NCBI GenBank assembly: GCA_963745835.1
Contig: CAVUZH010000024.1
Span: forward strand, 32,001 to 96,000
DNA: 64,000 nt
Direction of reading: 5' to 3'
Source: an uncultured delta proteobacterium
GTDB lineage: Bacteria > Desulfobacterota > Binatia > UBA9968
Every line of letters begins with the position of its first letter. Position 1 is the stretch's first letter. Below the pieces are notes generated by a model, which did not search any database, was not told the DNA's origin, and saw only the letters and a list, made by a program, of their open reading frames with translations. This document shows, one piece after another, positions 59,394 to 64,000 of the stretch. The translations under genes and the position numbers were made by a program.

Positions 59394-61516
59394 TTACACG
59401 AAAAGCGGCGCCAGCACGAGCGTAATTGTCGCCAATAATTTGATCAGCACGTGCAAACTGGGACCCGCAGTATCTTTAAAAGGATCACCTAACGTGTCTC
59501 CAACCACCGCGGCTTTATGCGGTTCCGATCCCTTGCCGCCGTAGGCACCGGTTTCGATATATTTCTTGGCATTGTCCCAGGCTCCGCCACTATTGTTGAG
59601 AAAGGTAGCGACGAGAATACCGGCGATGGTGCCTACCATTAGAAATGCCGCGACCGCCTCGGCACCGACGCCGAAAGAGCGGAACAGTAAGCCGACAGCA
59701 ATTGGCATCGTCACCGCGACCACGCCGGGAAGGATCATCTGTTTCAGCGCACCCACGGTAACGATATCGACACAGCGACGATAATCAGGTTTTACCGTGC
59801 CCTGAAGTATGCCTGGATTTTCTTTGAACTGGCGCCGGACCTCGTTGATAACGTAATACGCGGCTTTGCCGACTGCCCGGATCGCATACGCGGAAAAAAG
59901 AAAAACCAGCATTGCCCCAAGCAGTGCGCCGACAAATACTTCCGGCTTGGCTATATTGACCGCTTCGAGCCGATGACCATAGTGAGCCACTTCGTCGAGA
60001 TAAGCCGAAAATAGCAGGAACGCCGCCAGCGCCGCTGATCCTATAGCATAACCCTTGGTCAACGCCTTAGTGGTATTTCCTACGGCGTCGAGCCTGTCGG
60101 TTTTACGGCGAACCTCCTCGGCTGGCCGCTCATTTCGACGATACCGCCGGCGTTGTCGGTGATCGGACCGAAGGTGTCCATTGCAAGAATATATGCCGCC
60201 GTTCCAAGCATTCCCATGGTGGCAACCGCGGTGCCGAAAAGGCCCGCATTTTTAACTCCGCTATTCAGCCCCAAATAGTAGGAAGCAATAATCGCTACCG
60301 AAATGACGACTACCGGCGCCGCTACACACTCAAAGCCAACCGCGATTCCCGCGATAATGTTTGTTGCCGGTCCGGTTTGAGAGGCCTCGGCGATTTCTCT
60401 CACCGGGCGATATTTATATTCAGTATAGTACTGCGTTATATAGACGAAAGCTTGCGCCATCAGAATGCCGATGACGCCGCAGAGAAAAAAGTAAAACCAC
60501 GCGGACTGGGCTTCTGGGTACTTCGCCGGATCGACAGCTAGAAGCCATTGAGCGCAAACGAAAAAGCCAACCATCGCCAACCCGCTGGTTACGTAATATC
60601 CCCGGTTCAAAGCGTGCATCGGGTCGCCGTTCTCATCTGTTTTAACGATCATGATACCGACGATCGAGGCGAGGAGACCAAGTGCACGCGCGACTAACGG
60701 AAAAACGATTCCTTTGATGCCGAAGTAGGGATAGAGGCCCACTCCAAGGATCATCGCGCCGATATTCTCCGCCGCGGTGGATTCGAACAAATCAGCACCA
60801 CGGCCGGCGCAGTCCCCGACATTGTCGCCAACCAGGTCTGCGATAACCGCCGGGTTACGCGGATCGTCTTCAGGGATGCCGGCTTCTACTTTGCCGACCA
60901 AATCCGCGCCGACATCCGCTGCTTTGGTGTAAATGCCTCCGCCGAGCTGAGCAAAAAGCGCGACAAAAGATGCGCCAAAGCCGTATCCGACAATCGTGAA
61001 TGGAATTTTCTGCGGGTCGTGCCCAAGGAACTCGAGCAGCGCGTAGAGGCCGCCGACACCGAGCAGACTCATAGCAACGACAAATAAGCCTGACACAGCG
61101 CCGCCGCGCATTGCGATGCGCAGGCCTTCGTTGAGACTAGCGCGGACAGCCGAAGCGGTTCGGATATTTGCGCGAATTGACACCCACATGCCGATATAAC
61201 CGGCAATTACCGAACAAAGAGCCCCGAGAGCGAAAGAAAAAGTCGTCCAAAAGGCCATTTGTACGGGCGCCACCGGATCTGCCGGACTGGGCGCGCGAAC
61301 ATATGCGTACAGAAAAAAGATCACCGCGGCCAAAACAGCGGACATCAATATAATCGTTCGATTCTGCCGTGAGAGAAAAGCTTCAGCGCCTTCCTTGATG
61401 GCATCGGATATCTCCCGCATCTTTGGGGTACCGGTGTCGCGCGCCAGCACCCAACGCGCCAGATAGATAGCGAATACCAGCGACAAAAAGCTTACGGCGA
61501 TAACAAATGCAACCAT
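59394..61516 (-). CDS. hppA: Membrane-integral pyrophosphatase, K+-independent type, with one frameshift at ~60120
   Basis: GGGIYTKAADVGADLVGKVE, DNVGD, DNAGG, GGAWDNAKK and GDPFKDT motifs. Adding one base in CAG-CC-GAG restores QPEEVRRKTDRLDAVGNTTKA. Confidence 0.93.
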
Positions 61517-61551
61517 CAATCCTCCTCGTCCCTATGACTGAGAAACCAAGC

Positions 61552-62280
61552 TCACTCAGATTTACGCCAGACATATGCGACACCTATACTTAGAATGTAT
61601 AGCAGCAGCATTGGTACGGCTAACAACAATTGATTAATGATATCCGGCGTCGGTGTTAAAAACGCAGCCAGTATGAATATCACAATAACCGCATAACGAA
61701 AGGACCGTCGCATGAAGCGGTGATCCCAGACTCCCAACCTGACGAGTACAAATGTGATAATTGGCAACTCAAAGGTGATTCCGAAGGCCAGCACCATACG
61801 AAAAAAAAAAGTGAAGTACTCGCCTAGCCGGATTGCCGGCGTAACTCCCAAAGTGCCGTACTGTTCGATAAAATACGAAAATGCCACCGGAAGGACAATT
61901 CGGTAACAGAAATACGCGCCGCCGAGAAAGAATAGAGTCGCACACAGAACAAACGGGATGACTAATCTGCTCTCGTTGCCGATCAGGCCCGGTCTGATGA
62001 AACGCCAGACTTCGTAAAAAACGAAAGGAGAGGAAAAAAGCACGCCCGCTAAAAACGAGACTTTTATTTCAGTGAAAAAGGCTTCGGTGACGGTAGTACC
62101 AATTAAATTTTGGCCGGGAGGCAGAATTTGCTTGAGCGGATCCACCATAACCGCAAAGATCGCATCGGCGAAAAAATAGCAGGCCAGTGAAGCGACAACA
62201 ACCGCAGCCAACGCCCTCAGCAAGCACCAACGAAGCTCTTCAAGGTGCTCCGTAAAAGTTAAATAACTATCCGATACCAC
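61552..62280 (-). CDS. tatC: Twin-arginine translocase subunit TatC
   Basis: EHLEELR, EAFFTEIKV, YEVWRFIRPGL, FGITFELP and AAFLTPTPD motifs. Confidence 0.95.
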   Translation of the reverse strand: MVSDSYLTFTEHLEELRWCLLRALAAVVVASLACYFFADAIFAVMVDPLKQILPPGQNLIGTTVTEAFFTEIKVSFLAGVLFSSPFVFYEVWRFIRPGLIGNESRLVIPFVLCATLFFLGGAYFCYRIVLPVAFSYFIEQYGTLGVTPAIRLGEYFTFFFRMVLAFGITFELPIITFVLVRLGVWDHRFMRRSFRYAVIVIFILAAFLTPTPDIINQLLLAVPMLLLYILSIGVAYVWRKSE

Positions 62281-62301
62281 AGGCCTTCCACGGCGCAATT
62301 A

Positions 62302-62337
62302 CAAAAAGGGGAAGGATAATTACCCTTCCCCTTTTTG
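62302..62337. terminator. Bidirectional intrinsic terminator
   Basis: CAAAAAGGGGAAGG-N8-CCTTCCCCTTTTTG. Confidence 0.85.
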
Positions 62338-62365
62338 GTTGGCAAATAACCTGAGGGTTAGAACC

Positions 62366-62614
62366 TTACTTGGTTTTCGCCTCGTCCTTCGTTTCAGGAG
62401 CTTTTTCACTAGTGGCTGGAGCCCCCGCATCGCCGCCCGGTGTCGGCGTTGCTGGTGCCGGTTCCGCCGGAGCTGGCGGCGGTGCTGGCTCTGCAGCTGG
62501 TGGAGGCGGAGGCGGCGGTGGAGCCGGCTCTTCTTTCTTGCCGCACCCTGCACTTGCAAGAGTCAAAGTAAAGAGGGATATCCCTGACATTAGAACAATT
62601 TTCTTACCGATCAT
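62366..62614 (-). CDS. Small Pro/Ala/Glu-rich lipoprotein
   Basis: AAAGGAGGTG SD, signal peptide II with lipobox ASAG/C, then GKKEEPAPPPPPPPP. Confidence 0.8.
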   Translation of the reverse strand: MIGKKIVLMSGISLFTLTLASAGCGKKEEPAPPPPPPPPAAEPAPPPAPAEPAPATPTPGGDAGAPATSEKAPETKDEAKTK

Positions 62615-62946
62615 TAGTTCACCTCCTTTCCCGTCACACATCTACAAAAAACGTTTAACTAAGTAAATTTTATTACATATGTCAGTCGTGGATGCAAGGC
62701 TTTTGAACGCTTCGAGAGCGCGCGCCGCTATAGTCAACGATTACAGAAGAGCGACTTTCAGCAAGAATCGCTGCGCGCAACATTTCACTCGGTCTTCATA
62801 CGTTGGCCAGCTCTCCGTTCAAAGCGGCAGAGATATTGTGCCGGAGATCAGTCGAACCAAAAGCTGGCTTTGTGTTTAGGCAGCAGCCAATTGTCAAACG
62901 AGCCTGCTATCCGTGATGCCCGCGAATTTTGATCCGAGGAATGATG

Positions 62947-62980
62947 TTGGCCACAGTTCTTGTGCATAAGTTGTTGATAA
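62947..62980. promoter_or_regulatory. Cluster of DnaA-box-like 9-mers
   Basis: TGTGCATAA (= TTATGCACA, fits TTWTNCACA), TGTTGATAA (1 mismatch) 11 bp later, and an opposed TTGGCCACA (2 mismatches). Confidence 0.5.
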
Positions 62981-63079
62981 CCGAACGAGAACCGGCGTGT
63001 ACCTGCGAAAGATCGCGGATCCGAGCAGAATGCCCGGTTTGACAGCAGTCTTTCCCCTAGTTCCGTCCATGCTTACGAG

Positions 63080-64000
63080 TCAGCGTCTGCGCAGGCGCGA
63101 CTGCGCCGCGCGCCGGCATTGATCTAAAATCTGCCATTCAGTACTCCTAAGCAGATAACTGAGCCCGAGATACAATGATATTCCGAGACAAATCAGGCAA
63201 GCCAGAATCAAAGCTTTCGAATACACGGCGATTCCGGTGCCTGTCCAGTCAACTTTACCAGCGAGCCAAAAAAGCGGTATCGCCATAAGCAAGGTACTGA
63301 TGAGATTCCGCAGAAAGGAGTGGGCGACATCTCCTAATGGAATTCCTTCTAGGCGCCTATGCAGAATAAACAACAAGATAAAGAAGTTGCATAAGGAGGA
63401 AATCGTTGTCGCTAACGCAAGTCCGCCATGCCCCAACGAAACTAAACCGATGCTAACTGATGCCGAAGCGACCATTCGGGTTATCACGCCGGCGGAATTG
63501 CCATCAACATTGATCTCACCCATCAGCGCAAGACTGGCAACGAGATTTATGACAAACGCTATGATTCCAACAAATACCGGGGTCTTAGTGTCCTCCATTG
63601 CATAAAACACTGGCGCGACTAACTTCGTTCCTGAGATACTCCAGAGCCCGAATGAAAAAAAAATGAGGGCTTGAGCCGAGTTCAGCGTGGCGGTCGAATC
63701 GAACGCGCCTCGTTGAAAAAAGATCGCGAATAACGGAACCGCCAGGACAGCTAAGCCGGCTGTCGCGGGTAAACAAATGAAATTAACGATTCTGAGCGCG
63801 TACGCCAGCGTCGCGCGAAGCTCTTTGACGTTACCCGTAACCACCAATGTGGAAAAGCTGGGTAGGGCTGCCGTGCCCAGGGCTATAGCAAAAATTCCCA
63901 CCGGAAACTCTAAAAATCGGTCTGCATAATACAGATAAGAAACGCTTCCGCTCGGCAGAAAGGAAGCCAGCATAGTGCTAACCAGAACGTTGATTTGATA
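63080..64000 (-). CDS. murJ: Lipid II flippase MurJ (5' part outside the window)
   Basis: LYYADRFLEFPVGIF, FQRGAFD, FYAMEDTKTPV and HGGLALAT motifs. Confidence 0.95.
   Translation of the reverse strand, partial: YQINVLVSTMLASFLPSGSVSYLYYADRFLEFPVGIFAIALGTAALPSFSTLVVTGNVKELRATLAYALRIVNFICLPATAGLAVLAVPLFAIFFQRGAFDSTATLNSAQALIFFSFGLWSISGTKLVAPVFYAMEDTKTPVFVGIIAFVINLVASLALMGEINVDGNSAGVITRMVASASVSIGLVSLGHGGLALATTISSLCNFFILLFILHRRLEGIPLGDVAHSFLRNLISTLLMAIPLFWLAGKVDWTGTGIAVYSKALILACLICLGISLYLGLSYLLRSTEWQILDQCRRAAQSRLRRR

Noticed and set aside
59224-59544. ORF 'MRGARSRTRTGTDL...'
   Set aside because: It is an antisense translation of tRNA-Leu and the end of hppA. Unlike the 25.4 kb case, no integrase frame leads into it.
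62440-62530. GGC/GGT-rich repeats
   Set aside because: They encode the poly-Pro/Ala tract of the lipoprotein; not a CRISPR or DNA-level repeat.
1-64000. The many short ORFs antisense to or nested within long genes in the six-frame track
   Set aside because: They are shadow ORFs of well-supported genes, with no SD or recognisable motifs.
1-64000. CRISPR arrays, rRNA, prophage structural genes, IS transposases, defence systems
   Set aside because: No regularly spaced repeats or diagnostic motifs were seen by eye.

Overview
The window splits into two parts. (1) 1-25.36 kb is accessory DNA next to the 3' end of a tRNA-Ile2(CAT) gene. It carries an ~18.5 kb co-oriented catabolic cluster: IclR, cysteine dioxygenase, two M20 hydrolases, two UbiD decarboxylases, an LLM monooxygenase, two amidohydrolases, a cupin, and one ABC ATPase/permease with three paralogous binding proteins. 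A frameshifted large serine recombinase (LSR) follows, and its reading frame runs into the antisense strand of the tRNA. A decayed copy of that LSR's 3' end and att-proximal sequence lies hidden in the 'intergenic' DNA at 3.79-4.03 kb, which suggests tandem accretion of elements at this tRNA. (2) 25.4-64 kb is core chromosome: rpoD-dnaG-cvpA-yqeY-rpsU, tlyA-dxs-ispA, xseAB, ctpA-envC-ftsXE, tRNA-Leu, hppA, tatC and murJ. A ~10 kb carotenoid cluster (crtE/I/B, cruF, glycosyltransferase, acyltransferase) sits between xseB and ispA. It includes an unusual CarH-like B12-binding regulator with a C-terminal XRE HTH and altered cobalamin-pocket residues, plus a perfect palindrome in the divergent promoter. 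Gene content and order suggest a Binatota-like former Deltaproteobacterium (inference only). Single-base frameshifts in hppA, the glycosyltransferase and the LSR suggest that some indels are assembly errors. All calls come from reading motifs by eye; no database searches were run.
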